Assembly (NCBI RefSeq): GCF_009914755.1
Contig: NC_060933.1
Reading direction: 5' to 3' (one strand)
Source of the DNA: the human T2T-CHM13v2.0 reference genome, Homo sapiens
Length of the DNA: 64,000 nucleotides
Shown here: positions 1-13,118 of the stretch, one piece after another
Position numbering within the stretch: position 1 is the first letter of the stretch
Layout: each line of letters begins with the position of its first letter
The notes under the pieces: model-generated
The model's input: only the letters and a program-made list of their open reading frames with translations
Databases searched by the model: none
What the model was told of the DNA's origin: nothing
Made by a program: the position numbers and the translations under genes

Positions 1-510
1 TGAAACATATGTCCACACAAATACTTCATATCAATGTTTATAGTGGCATTATTTATAATAACCAAAAAGTGGAAACAATTCAAATGTACTTCAAATAAGG
101 AATGGATAAACACAATGTAGTATAAGCATACTAAGGCCTATTATTTGGTAACAGAAAAGAGACTTAGTGATACAAACTACAATGTGGATGAACCTTGAAA
201 ACGTTATCCGAAGTGAAAGAAGTCACACATAAAAGGCCACATATTGTATGATTCTATTGACATGAAACGTCCAAGTGACACAAATCCCTAGGGATGGAAT
301 GTAGATTATTGGTTTTCAGGAAACTGTTGCAAAAGAAAGGTGGAATAACTGCTATTTGGCAGGAGGTTTCATTTTTAGGTGTTGAAATTTCTTAGAATTT
401 TTAGTAGTAAAAGTTGCATAACTCTGTGAATTTACTAAAAACACTGAATTGAATAAAGAGATAAATTTTATGGCCTGTTAAATATATTTCAACGCAGCTG
501 TTAAAAAGTT
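1..510 (+). mobile_element. Old L1 3' end (L1MB-like), runs off the window start
   Basis: L1M 3' motifs: aaaagtggaaacaa..caaatgt, gaatggataaac, tggatgaaccttgaaaac..aagtgaaagaag..cacatattgtatgattc; ends at gctgttaaaaa. Confidence 0.8.
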
Positions 511-2399
511 AGGAAAAATTACTCAAAGGAAATTAAGAAAGCTCTCTTTCACCCCAGGAGCATTTCTACAGTTCCAGACATGCAATTTCTGCTTTAAACA
601 TCTGCTAGTAAAGTATTTGAATACTTGAAGTTCAAAAGGTCAATTCCACAGCTATATAAAGGCAGAAACAGCTGGAAATAGATGTCTTCAATTTTATTGA
701 AAAGGTAATGTTAATTGGTATTGCAAATATTTGAATCAGAGAAAATTGTAACAAATCAACTAGTTAACTGTGTAAAATATATTGCTACCTCCATAATGTA
801 AGAAGATTTTTAAATATATAATTTCTATTATCTGATGTAATTTTTCTATTTACATTTAATTTTGAGGTTTAAAATAAGAAGTGAACAATTGCAAATTTAC
901 AATCAAGCAAATAAAAGTTTTCCTTTATTTGTGCCACAAAACTTAGCTTTTATTATTAAAGATTTCCATGCTTTTTAATAGGAAACATCCTACAATGTTG
1001 TTTTTATTTACAGCCTTATATAAATATAAAACAAACAATGGAGATATAAAGATACCCATTTTGGTAGAAGCAAAACAAAACCCACATTTTTTAATAAAAT
1101 GAAAGAACAGATATCTGTACTGTTCATTCATACTACAGTCTCATTCATTCTAAAATTTTATGAAAAATACATCTGTAACCTCTTTTGATTCAGAAAAACA
1201 GAATTCATTTGCCTAAGTTGAATGTGTGGTTTCCTCAGAGCCTCCACTATACCATAATAAAAGAATAATGAAGAAAATATTGCTATCCTAAAAACTGAGC
1301 TCACTTCCTTCTTTTGGGGTTGATCGTGGACAGCAGCATTTTAATATTCTAAAATTTGCTATGAAAGAAACCATTTTCCAGGCTTAATGGGCATACATTT
1401 TGAATATCAGCTAATATTCTCAGCAAGGAAGAGCAATTGGCGAATTTGTGGCTTATACTTCTGCTTATGTTTTTATACAAAGAACTAATACTAGTTTATT
1501 GGCCTTTATGCCCTGATCACAGGTATTAGCATATGAAAGTGGTGAATAATCTTGACTTCCTGATGTGGAATACAACTGGTGAAATTCAAACCTACTTGTG
1601 AAATTCAAGAACTGTTTCACAGATCAATCACCAGTAATGGCCTGTGCATGTGCAACCTGTTACTTAAAGACCGTGCCTGCAGTTGAAAATGTAAGCAGAG
1701 GATTTATGAATTTTTCTGCTACTTTTCTTACTGTAGACTTGAGCTGTTCTCCTGGACTCAATTATGGTATGTGCTGAATAGTTAATACTCTAATATACCA
1801 CCAAACACAGTCTAGATACTTACAGCCCCATAAAACGTAATGCTTCAAAAACCAATGACATAATTGATTTCCTGACTTTATACTGACTTCATTCTCTAAA
1901 TTTTGGGGATTCATATACAATCTGATGATCTTTTGCATCTGTTTTGCAGACTTAACTAGAATTAGGTTTCAGAGAATTCGGCAATGTGACTAAATTTTGG
2001 AGTTATTCTCTTTTTGATCATTAATGCTCTATCCCCTGTTGAAAGGCAGAGTTTACTGCATTACAAGATAATTACCTTTAGAGGGTTTTATAAAGAAGCA
2101 ATATTTTCTAGCAGGAAGTTAGTCACTCCTTTCATTAATACAATAATTAGGAATAATATGTCAAGTGCAAGATTCTGTTGTATGAATAACTCTTGTTATG
2201 TGGAATCATTCTAGCCTAAAGAATAGTTTTATGTATAACTTTTTATTTTCCTTTTTATATTTGCTATATTCTGCCCAAATAGCATTAAGATAGGAGAGAA
2301 AAAGGTAACACAGAGAGGAACTTCAGGCTATAGTAACTCTTTCACTATTTTTGCAATTTACGATTCCAGTATTAATTGCAAAACTCTCTCTGGAGTCTT

Positions 2400-2525
2400 G
2401 CTCTTTAAAGTAATATTTGTGGACCAGCAGCATTTGCACACCCTGGAGGATTTTAAGAAACCCAGAATTTCAGATTTGACCTCAGATGTACTGAATCAAA
2501 ATTTGTATTTTAACATGATCTCAAT
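2400..2525. mobile_element. MER5A (hAT-Charlie DNA transposon relic)
   Basis: ggaccagcagcat...ctgaatcaaaat..ttttaaca.gatc resembles MER5A. Confidence 0.6.
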
Positions 2526-2554
2526 TTATAATATTAAATGACAAACACCAATCT

Positions 2555-2622
2555 ACACATGTCTATGTGTGTACATACATGTTTGTATATGTATGTACAT
2601 GTATGCATGCGTGTACATATAT
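2555..2622. repeat. Degenerate (TATG/CATA)n purine-pyrimidine repeat
   Basis: tacacatgtctatgtgtgtacatacatgtttgtatatgtatgtacatgtatgcatgcgtgtacatat. Confidence 0.7.
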
Positions 2623-4520
2623 TAATTGCACCCATTTCCATTTCTAAGGATAACTTTTCAACACAAACAATAAACTAACAGTGTGGGGGGAAAGTTCACC
2701 ATAATACAAGAAGGCAACAAGGAAGAGTGTGGCTATCCTCACCTTCTGGCATTTAGAGGTCTCTATAAGAAGGCTTTGTGTTGAAGCTATGTATAAATAA
2801 GTGTGCTGCTTAACACAAGTTTCTGGGGAAAACTATCTCCTTTATGACACTGTCTTGGGGCATTGTTGAGAGAGTCTCAGTTTTATATGTTTCATCTTTA
2901 TAAAAGTCAAACAGGTGGACGCACGATGTTTTTTAACTAAGAATTGTGAATCTAAGGTTTAATTCCCTAGTTTTCACTTTTAAAAAGCTTCAAGTCCCCA
3001 CTCTCTGGAGTCTCATCTTTCATACACTATTTAAATAATGGAATCTAAGTAACATTTAAACAACACTAACTAAGCTATTTTATAATAGTTATTGAAGGAA
3101 ATATTTAATTATTTCATGAATAGTCTGTTTGATTTATCTGTATTGGAAGTAGATTTATATAGCTCAACACCGATTGCATATGTAGTATAAACAGATGTAA
3201 TGAAATATATGAAGGTCCTGGAACATATGAAAACAGTAGTTATTATAATGAGTGTGCCCATTTAATATCAACAAAAAGTCTAAAATATATTATTATATGG
3301 AATCAAGATTATAGCATGACTTTATTATAAAATTGGCTATGATATCAATGTTTTATTAAATATTGCTTCAGTACATATTTGTAAATATTTTCTCCAGTTC
3401 AAAAGCTACATTTTCTGGTTCACAAATATTAATATATTTGCTTCTTTTACTTCTGTTCAAAAGTAAGAACTTTTTTAAAAAAAAAAGTATAAGTAAGCTT
3501 TTGCTTAAAAGTAAGAACTTTTACAGCCATTCATGACTAAGATTTTTAAAAACTGAGAGCAATAAATAGTTTCTAGGTGTATTGATTTCATAGTAATTAA
3601 GATAAACCACTGAACCACTGAAGCCATGCTTCCCTCTCATTGCAAGGAGTAAAGTAGCAAATTCTATATTTGAGTAGGCTTCAAATAATACTATTTTTGT
3701 ACCTTAAATTTACAAAACATCTTCAGTTGGAAATGCTAAGGCTTTGCAAAAAAGGAAGAATATGGAAACATACAGAATTCAGCCAGGCTATAAAGAGATT
3801 GATGAAAAACTTAGCTACAACTTTGATAATGTGTGTGGTGAAGATCTTTTTTAATCAAATCAGGGAAAATAATTATGTAACTGCCTGAATGGAGGCATTC
3901 ATATCTCCCAGTCAAACAGAAGTATACTAAATTGTATTTGGAAAACAGAGAAACACAAATTTTTCACTGCAATCAAGCGATGAAATAAAATACTTCAGAT
4001 TTTAGTGGTGTTTTAGGATGTTTGCTCAAATCAAATAATTATATAGCCATATATAAACAGAAATTGTGAAAATCAACATTTTATAAACAGTATGGATCTG
4101 TGGTTCTCTGATATCATAGCAACCACAATAATGGCATATCATGTCCATCAGTGATGTAGAAAGAATCATTCTGACAGGTGCATTTTGAATTGAATTGAAA
4201 ACAGCATAATTTCCATCAGTTGGCAAATGTATTATTATATTGCACAACTTCTTCATGAAAGGGAATTATACAGACGAATAAGAAGAATTGGCATAGCTCT
4301 AATCTACTGACTTGCAGAAAAAGCCATGTTTTATTTTTAAGTGACAAAAGCAAATTTCAGAGTAATGCGATTAAGATGACGCTATTCATGCGCAAACAAC
4401 AACAAAAACAATATACAGAAGTTTAAATGTATATGAAAAAACACTATATGTATGTTATGATAAATGTTGATTGTCTATAGCAGGAATGAGTGATCCTACA
4501 AAATTCTTCTGCTTCCCCAT

Positions 4521-6850
4521 TTTATTAGTTTGTTCTCATGCTGCTGTGAAGAGATATCTGAGACTGGGTAATTTATAAAGGAAGGAGGTTTAATTGATTC
4601 ACAGTTCTGCAGGGCTGGGGAAGCCTCAGGAAACTTACAATCATGGCAGAAGGGGAAGCAAACACATCGTACTTCACATGGCAGCAACAAAAAGAAGCAC
4701 CAAGTGATGAGGGGAAAGCCCCTTATAAAGCCATCAGATCTCGTGAGAACTCACTATCAAAAGAACAGCATGAAAGTAACCACCCCCATGATTAAATTAC
4801 CCCCCACTGGGTCTTCCCACAAGATGTGGGGATTATGGGAACCACAATTTAAGTTAAGATTTTGGTGGGGACACAGTGAAGCCATATCATTCCGCCCCAG
4901 GCCCTCCCAAATCTTATGTCCTCATATTTGAAAACATAATCATGCCCTTCCAACAGTCTCCCAAAGTCTTAACTCATTCCAGCATTAACCCAAAAGTCCA
5001 AGTCCAAAGTCTTATCTGAGACAAGGCAAGACCCTTCTGCCTATGAGCCTGTAAAATCAAAAGCAAGTTAGTTACTTCCTAGATACAATGAGGGTACAGG
5101 TATTTGGAAAATACACCTGTTCCAAATGGCAGAACTTGGCCAAAACAAAGAGGCTAAAGGCCCCATGCAAGTCCAAAATCCAATAGGGCAGTCATAAAAC
5201 CTTGAAGTCCCAAAATGATCTCCTTTGACTCCATGTCTCACATCCAGGGCATGCTGATGCAAGAGGTGTGCTCCCACAGCCTTGGGCAGTTCTGCTCCTG
5301 TGGCTCTGCAGGGTGCTGCTCCACTCCTCGCTGCCATCACAAGCTGGAATTGTCTGTGGCTTTTCCAGGTGTAAGCTGCTGGTGTATCTACTATTCTGGG
5401 ATCTGGAGAATGGTGGCCCTCTTCTCACAGCTCTGCTAGGCAGAGCCCACTTTTCCCTTCCATTCTGCTCTAGCAGAGGCTCTCCATGAGGACTCTGCCT
5501 CTGCAGCAACCTTCTGCTTGGACATCCAGGTGTTTCCATACATCCTCTGAAATCTAGACAAAGGTTCCCAAACCTCAGTTCTTGACTTCTGTGCACCCAC
5601 AGGCTCAATACCGCATGTAAGATGCCAAGGATTAGGGCTTTCTCTCTCTGAAGCAATGGCCTGAGCTGTACGTTGGCCCCTTTTAGCCATGGCTGGAACT
5701 AAAGCAGCTGGGGCTCAAGGCACCATGTCCAGAGGCTGCATAGAGCAGGAGGGCCCTGGGCCCAGCCAAGAAAACCAGTTTTTCCTCCTACGCCTCCAGG
5801 CCTGTGATGGGAGAGGCTGCTGTGAAGGTCTCCGACATGCCCTGGAGACATTTTCTCCATTTGTCCTGGTGATTAACATTTGGCTCTTTGTTACTTATGC
5901 AAATTTCTGCAGTAGGCTTTAATTTCTCCTCAGAAAATGGGGTTTTCTTTTCTGTAAGATGTTCAGGTTCCAAATATTTTCCAAATTTTATACTCTGCTT
6001 CCTCTTGAGTGCTTGGCCACTTAGAAATTTCTTCTGTCAGATATCCTAAATCACCTCTCTCAAGTTCAAAGTTTCACAGATATCTAGGGCAGGGCCAAAA
6101 TGCAGCCAGTTTGTTTGCTAAAACATAGCAAGAGTCACCCTTATTCCAGTTTTTAACAAGTTCCTCATCTCCACCTGAGATAACCTCAGCCTGGACTTCA
6201 TTATCTCTATCACTATCCACATTTTGGTCAAAGCCATTCAAAAGTCTCTAGGAAGTTGTAAACTTTCCCGCATCTTCCTCTCTTCTTTTGAGCCCTCCAA
6301 ACTGTTCCAACCTCTGTCTGTTACCCAGTTCCAAAGCTGCTTCCATATTTTCAGGTATCTTCATAGCATTGCCCCACTATTCAGTATTAATTTACTGTAT
6401 AAGTCCATTCTCACGCTGCTATGAAGAAACACCTGAGACTGGGTAATTTATGAAGAAAAGACGTTTAATTGACTCAGAGTTCTGCATGGCTGGGCAGACC
6501 TCAGGAAACTTAAAATCATGGTGGAAGGCAAAGCAAGTACGTCCTTCTTCACGTGGGGGCAACAAAGAGAAGTGCCGAGCAAAAGGGGAAAAGCCCCTTA
6601 TAAAACCTTAAATTCCCAAAATGATCTCCTTTGACTCCATGTCTCACATCCAGGGCATGCTGATGCAAGACATGTGTTCCCTGAGAACTCTCTATCTCTC
6701 ATGAGAACTCACTCTCATGAGAACAGCATGAGGGTACCTGCCCCCATGATTAAATTATCTTCCACTGGGTCCCTCCAACAACACATGGGGATTATAGAAA
6801 TTCCAATTTAACATGAGATTTGGGTGGGGACACAGAGCCAAACCATATCA
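4521..6850 (-). mobile_element. Complete THE1C-like ERVL-MaLR element: 3' LTR 4521-4889, internal 4890-6395, 5' LTR 6396-6850
   Basis: Two homologous LTRs (reverse of TGATATGG...ACTAATACA) with THE1-int between them; 5-bp TSD CCCAT at 4516-4520 and 6851-6855. Confidence 0.93.
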
Positions 6851-6989
6851 CCCATGTTTAACTAATTCTGACAAATACATATTATTTCTGCAATTCTTAG
6901 TAGAAATATAAAAATTGTTCTTAAAATTAAGGTAGTAAAAAATAACCCAAATTTAATCAAGATTTTACATATAGCTACTAGTTTCCAGG

Positions 6990-9980
6990 AATGGGAAGAA
7001 TTTAAAAAATTATTAAAAAATACTGCTAAAGTAAAAGAAAACATAAATAAATGAACACATATACATGTTTATGTATTGAGAAAATAATTATTGTTAAAGC
7101 ACCCATCTCTGCAAATTTATCCATAATTGTTAGTGTGTGTACATTGACAAGCCAATTCTAAAGTGAATTTGGAAAATAAAAATTATTGGGTAAATAATAC
7201 AATTTTTTAAGAGAAGAACAAAGTTGGAGGAATTTACATTGTCTGTTTCAATATTTATCATAATTAAAATAGTGTCTTTCTAGTGCAAGGATGGACAAAT
7301 GAACCAATGGAACAGAAGAGAGATTAGGATTATATATTCAGTTACATGTTTTATGGCAAAGATGTTACTGCAATTCAGTGGATTAAAACATTTAATAAAT
7401 GATGTTAGATTAGTTGGATATCCACATGGGAAAAATATTGCCTTACATAATACACAAAAATTTATTCACAATGAGTCATACTCATAAATGATATGTAATA
7501 TAATGAAGCATGTAAAATAAAACATAGCAAAGATCTTCATATTATTGATCAAGATTTTTGAATGTGACAAATCAAAAAAATCTATAAAGCCATTAAATCC
7601 ATTGAAAAGTAAAATCAGAGATGTGCAGAAGAGTCTTGCTGTCTATCTATCTATCTATATATAGGAATTTTATACAGACACATAAAGATGTCCCATAAAT
7701 TAATGAGAAAAAGATATATAATATAATGAAAGCATCTGGATTCCTGTTTTCTACCAAGACAGAATAACAGGGATAAACTTACTCTCTTGTGTTAAACAAT
7801 TAGATAAATACAAAAAAACTAGAACACAAAATACTAAGCTATATGAAGCAGCTAAACAACTAAAATATATTAGAGTAAAATATATCCCCCCCCAAATTTC
7901 AGTTTTTTGACAATTAATGCTGGACTGTGGTATCTAAGAAAAAAGAAAGAAACAAAGTAAGCCCTCATTGTCTCCAGGAACCAGCTTAGTGCCTAGAGAA
8001 AATTTCTAGGACACAGAAAAGAAAGGGACAAACAGAGAATGGTGGTCTCACTGAATTGATTAATCAGAGATTGTACGTCAGGAAATTTAGGGTAGCTAGA
8101 ATTTAGGATCAGAGGACTAGAAATAAAGAAGCTGCACAAAGGGAGAGCTCATGAGATCTGCAGAAAAGTCTCCTTAAGACTAACAACTAGTCTTTGGCTA
8201 AAGTCTGTTTTGCAAATTGATGTGAGAAAAGTACTCAAGGCCGGGAGGGAATCATAAGACAGCAATACAAACAATTTCAGAGATTATTTCGGGCTCAAAA
8301 TAATTCATGTTCCACTAGCCACAGTGGAATCATGACACACAAACACAAACAAAAAGTCAATTTAAAAAAGATAGAATAGGTAGTATAAAGAAACAATGAA
8401 GAGATGGGATAAATAGGAAGCAAATAGCAAGATGGCACATTTTAATTTGAGTACCTTTTAATTTAAATATACTATCTCATTAGATATAATTAGTCTACAC
8501 ACTACCAACTTTAATGTAAAGATATATACATTAGCTAATAATGAACACATCAAGTCATCTTATATGCATGCAGATATAAGAGTTTCAAAATATATGTCTA
8601 GGAATGGACAAAATCTAGCTTATCTGTAAAACTGTATCTACATAAAAACTTTAACAACTATTATAGTTAATAGAGTGATATTGAAAGCTTTTCCTTTGAA
8701 ATACAGAAGGTGTCAAGGATGATAGCTATCACTACATCTACTCAACATCAAACAGAGGGTCTTTGGCAGTCAAATAAGTTTTATGAAGAAAAAAGATGTG
8801 TAAATATAGTAAATAAATAAAGTTTGAATTATTTATAAATTATAAGGTTGGATACACATAAGAAATTCAAAAGTCAAAATAAATTAATAGAATTAAGAAA
8901 CAAATTTAGCAAAGTTGTTTGTATTAATAATAAGTTTAGAATAAAATACTAAATTAAATGTCTATATCCATTAATAATTAATTAGGACACAAAAAGCTTT
9001 CAAGAAGGAATAAAAAATTTATCAATTGTTTAGGCATAAACCTAAAGGAATAACCTGCTAAGTTCCCTATTATATTCTAAGTATTTATTCTTATTAAAAA
9101 GAAAGAAACTAAATAAATGTAAGGATTCTTCTTGTTCATGGGTTGGAAGACTCAGTACTAGTAAGTTGTTCATTCTGCCTTCATTTATCTACAGATTCAA
9201 TGAAATACCTAACTAAATCATGACAATCTGGGGGAAAATTCTAATATATATGTCAGAAATAACCATGACTATCTTAAAAAATGAATAAACTATGACAACT
9301 TATTGTACTACATGTTAATAATTATTATGTGATAATTAAGATTAATGATAATCAAATAACCAATAAAACAAAACAGTGCACCCAGGAGCAGGATCATCCA
9401 TTTTTGATTTATGACATATTTGGTACTGCAGAGCTCGTGAAAAAGACAGTTCTTTCCAAAATAAAATTCTATGTCAATTAAACGTATCTGTGAAAAATCT
9501 TGACCCCTGTTTTACACCATACATATGTCAGTTTAAAGTGTGTTGTAAATAAAAATGTGAAGTAGAAAAAAAATAAAGATTCTAGAAGAAAATATAGAAG
9601 AATATCTTTACGTCAAATACTTGAACAAGATAAAGCTTTTTTTCAAATGGTAAAAAGAAAACATGAAATATAAGAGAAACTATTGATACATTGTTGTACA
9701 ATAAAATTAAGATATTCTGTTAATCAAAAGGCACTAGTAAGAGAGAGAAAGACAAGCCACAGTGTTGATGTACGTATTTGTGATATATAATACAAAGTCC
9801 TTGCATACAGAATATAAAAAGCTCTTACAAATTATATAAGAAAATAAGCAAGCACACCACTAGAACAAAAACAGGGAAGAGACATGGATAGGCAGTTTAA
9901 AAATATAGAGATGCAAATGGAAAAAATATATAAAGAAGTTTTCGATTACATTATTCATCTAAAAAATACTAATCAAGAGT
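6990..9980 (+). mobile_element. Fragmented old L1M (ORF2-derived pieces and a 5'-end-like piece)
   Basis: Decayed ORF2 motifs: aagaacaaagttggagga, accaatggaacaga, gttcatgggttggaagactca, acagattcaatg; A-rich + strand. Confidence 0.7.
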
Positions 9981-9984
9981 TCAG

Positions 9985-10751
9985 TGGTCGCTAGAGAAAT
10001 CAAATCCAAACCACAATGTGATACCATCTCAGGCCACTTAGCATGGCAATCATTAAAAAGTCAAGAAACAGATGCTGGAGAGGATGTGAAGAAATAGGAA
10101 CACTTTTACAATGTTGGTGGGAGTGTAAATTAGTTCAACCATTGTGGAAAAGAGTGGGGCGATTCCTCAAGGATCTAGAACCAGAAATACCATTTGATCC
10201 AGCAATCCCATTACTGGATATATACCCAAAGGATTACAAATCCTTCTATTATAAAGACACATACACTGGTATGTTTATTGCAGCACTATTCACAATAGCA
10301 AAGACTTGGAACCAACCCAAATGTCCATCAATGATAGACAGACTGGATAAAGAAAATGTGGCACATATACACCATGGAATACTATGCTGCCATAAAAAAG
10401 AATGAGTTCAAGTCCTTTGCAGGGATGTGGATGAAGCTGGAAACCATCATTCTCAGCAAATTAACACAGGAACAGAAAACCAAACACCGTATATTCTCTC
10501 TCATAAGTGAGAGTTGAATAATGAGAACACATGGACACAGGGAGGGGAACATTACACATCGGGGCCTGTTGGGGGGCGGAAAGCAAGGGGAGAGAGAACA
10601 TTAGGACGAATGCCTAATGCTTGTAGGGCTTAAAACCTAGATGATGGGTTGATGGGTGTGGCAAACCACCATGGCACATGTATACCTACGTAACAAACCT
10701 GCATGTTCTGCGCATGTATCCCAGAACTTAAAGTATAATTTAAAAAAAAAA
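9985..10751 (+). mobile_element. 5'-truncated L1PA8-like 3' end
   Basis: ORF2 C-terminus (ORF 10043-10405, [26 protein letters not shown]); 3'UTR ..cattaggac..cctaatgc..gggcttaaaacctagatga; poly(A). Confidence 0.88.
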
Positions 10752-11390
10752 GCACATGCTAGAATGTCTAAAATTAAAGACAAAAGTGTCAGGAAGGATG
10801 TAGTATGCTGACACACTTCTGTTGGGACTGTAAAATTGTACAGCCACTCTGGGAAACTATTTGAAATTATTTCCTAATGTTGAGTATAGGTCAATAAATA
10901 GGTAAATTAGCAAAAGATAAGTACATAGTAGCATAATTAGTAGTAATCCCCAACTGGGAAAAAGTCAAATGCTCATCCATAATTGAATACATAAACAAAC
11001 TGTGATATACTGAAAATGGAAAATTACAAAATGAAAATAAATGAATTACAGATACACATAATATGAACGAATCTCAAAAACAAGATTTATCAAAAGAAGC
11101 CATATATAAGGATACAGACTGTATAATTTCATTGATGTAAAACTCAAAAGCAGCTATAAATATTGTGTGAAAACTCGGGTTAGCTGTTATCTTTAGGGAA
11201 GGGCAAAGGGTAGTGATTAGGATGGAAATAGTAAGGCAGCTCCTGAGTGCCAGCAATATTCCATTGCTTGATTCAGGAGGGTAGTCATATAGCAATTTGC
11301 TTCATGATAATTCATTCATCTGTACAATTATATTTTATAAACTTTACATTATGCTTATTATACCTCAAAATAAAGGGTTAAATAAAAAAT
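10752..11390 (+). mobile_element. Old L1ME-like 3' end (host element resumes)
   Basis: gggactgtaaaattgtacagccactctgg, aatgctcatc, gaatctcaaaaaca; ends A-rich. Confidence 0.65.
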
Positions 11391-11459
11391 TAAAGTATTA
11401 TCTGCTTTAAAATAAATACACATATGGTAAGAAAAAAAATTCCTGTTTTAAAAGCCTGG

Positions 11460-12722
11460 AAATAATAAACAAAATGGAACAGAATAGAGAACATAGAAAA
11501 AAACCCATGCACTTACAGAAAACTGATTTTCAACAAGGGTGCCAAGAACACACAATGGGGAAAGAATAGTCTCTTCAATAAATGGTGCTGGGAAAACTGG
11601 ATATCCACATGTAGGAGAATGAAGCTAGACCCCTATCTCTCACCATAATAAAACATCAATGCAAAATGGATTAAAGACTTAAATGTGAGACCCAAATTGA
11701 TAAAAACACCAGAAGAAAACAAGGGAAATTTTTCATGACTGGCCTGAATAGGGATTTTTTGAAATAAACCGAAATAGCAGAGGCAACAAAAGCAAAAATA
11801 GACAAATGGGATTACCTCAAACTAAATATCTTCTGCATAACAAAGGAAACAGAGTGAAAAACATCCTTCAGAATGGGAGAAAATATTTGTAAACTATATA
11901 TCTGACAAGAAGCTAATATACAGAATACGTAAGAAACTCAAACAACTCAACTCCAAAAAAAAAAAAAAAAAAAAACCCTGAAGAGACCGTTCTCGGAAGA
12001 AGGCATAAAAATAGCCAACAAGTATGTGAAAAAAATGTTTACATTATAATTATCAGGGAAATACAAATTAAAACCAAGTTAAGATATCACTTCAACCCAA
12101 TTAGAATGGCCATTACCAAAAAGAAAAAAAGTATCAAATGCTGGTACCAATATAGAGAAAGGTGAACTCATATCCTGTTGATGGGAACATAAATTAGTAT
12201 AGCTAATATGAAAAACAGTTCATCACAAATTAAAAGTAGAATTGCCATACGATCCAACAATTGCACTATTGGGTATATATGCAAAAGAAATGAAATTAGT
12301 GTATCAAAGAGCTATCTGCACTCCCATGTCTTTTGCAGCACTATTCACAATAGCTAAGATATGAAATCAACCTAAATGTCCATCAACAGATGAATGCATA
12401 AAAAAATGTGGTATGTACACATAATTAAATACTATTTGGCCAAACAAAGAATGAAATCCTGGCATTGTGGCAACATGGATGAATCTGGAGGACATTATGT
12501 TAAGCAAAAAAAAAAAAAAAAAATGCCAGGCACAGAAATACAAATACCACTTGATTTCACTCATATGTGGAATCTAAAGAAGCTGATCTCATAAAGGTAG
12601 AGCATGGACGAGTGGGTACCAGAGGCTGAGGTGGCCAGTGGGGAGGGAGAGATAAGGAGAGATCTTGTCAAAGGGTAAAAAGTTACAGTTAGATAAGAGG
12701 AATGAGTTCTGGTGTTCTATTA
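11460..12722 (+). mobile_element. L1MA-like ORF2 end and 3'UTR
   Basis: ctcttcaataaatggtgctgggaaaactggatatcc, gcactattcacaatagctaagatatg, tcactcatatgtggaatctaaa. Confidence 0.85.
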
Positions 12723-12815
12723 TTATATTACATGCATGTTCTTTACAGATACAGCTGCAAAGACTGCAACCTCCTATTGTTAATTTGTGCACTCCCACTA
12801 AAAATGGATCATCTG

Positions 12816-13118
12816 GGCCAGGTATGGTGGCTCATGCCTGTAATCCCAGCATTTGGGGAGGTAAGGCAGGCGGATCACAAGGTCAGGAGATCGAGACCAT
12901 CCTGGACAACATGGTGAAACCCTGTGTCTACTAAAAATACAAAAACTAGCTAGGCAAGGTGGTGCGTGCCAGTAATCCCAACTACTCAGGAGGCTGAGGC
13001 AGGATAATCGTTTGAACCAGGGAGTCAGAGGTCGCAATGAGCCAAGAGATGCTGCCACTGCACTCCAGCCTAGGGACAGAGTGAGATTCTGTCTTTAAAA
13101 AAAAAAAAAAAAAAAAAA
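12816..13118 (+). mobile_element. AluS (AluSc-like), full length
   Basis: Dimeric Alu with poly(A); partial TSD tcatctg on both sides. Confidence 0.93.

Noticed and set aside
1280-1720. Unique, slightly GC-richer stretch (with a gtgaaattcaa repeat) as an exon or conserved element
   Set aside because: No convincing splice-site pair, ORF or structure; it cannot be supported without alignments.
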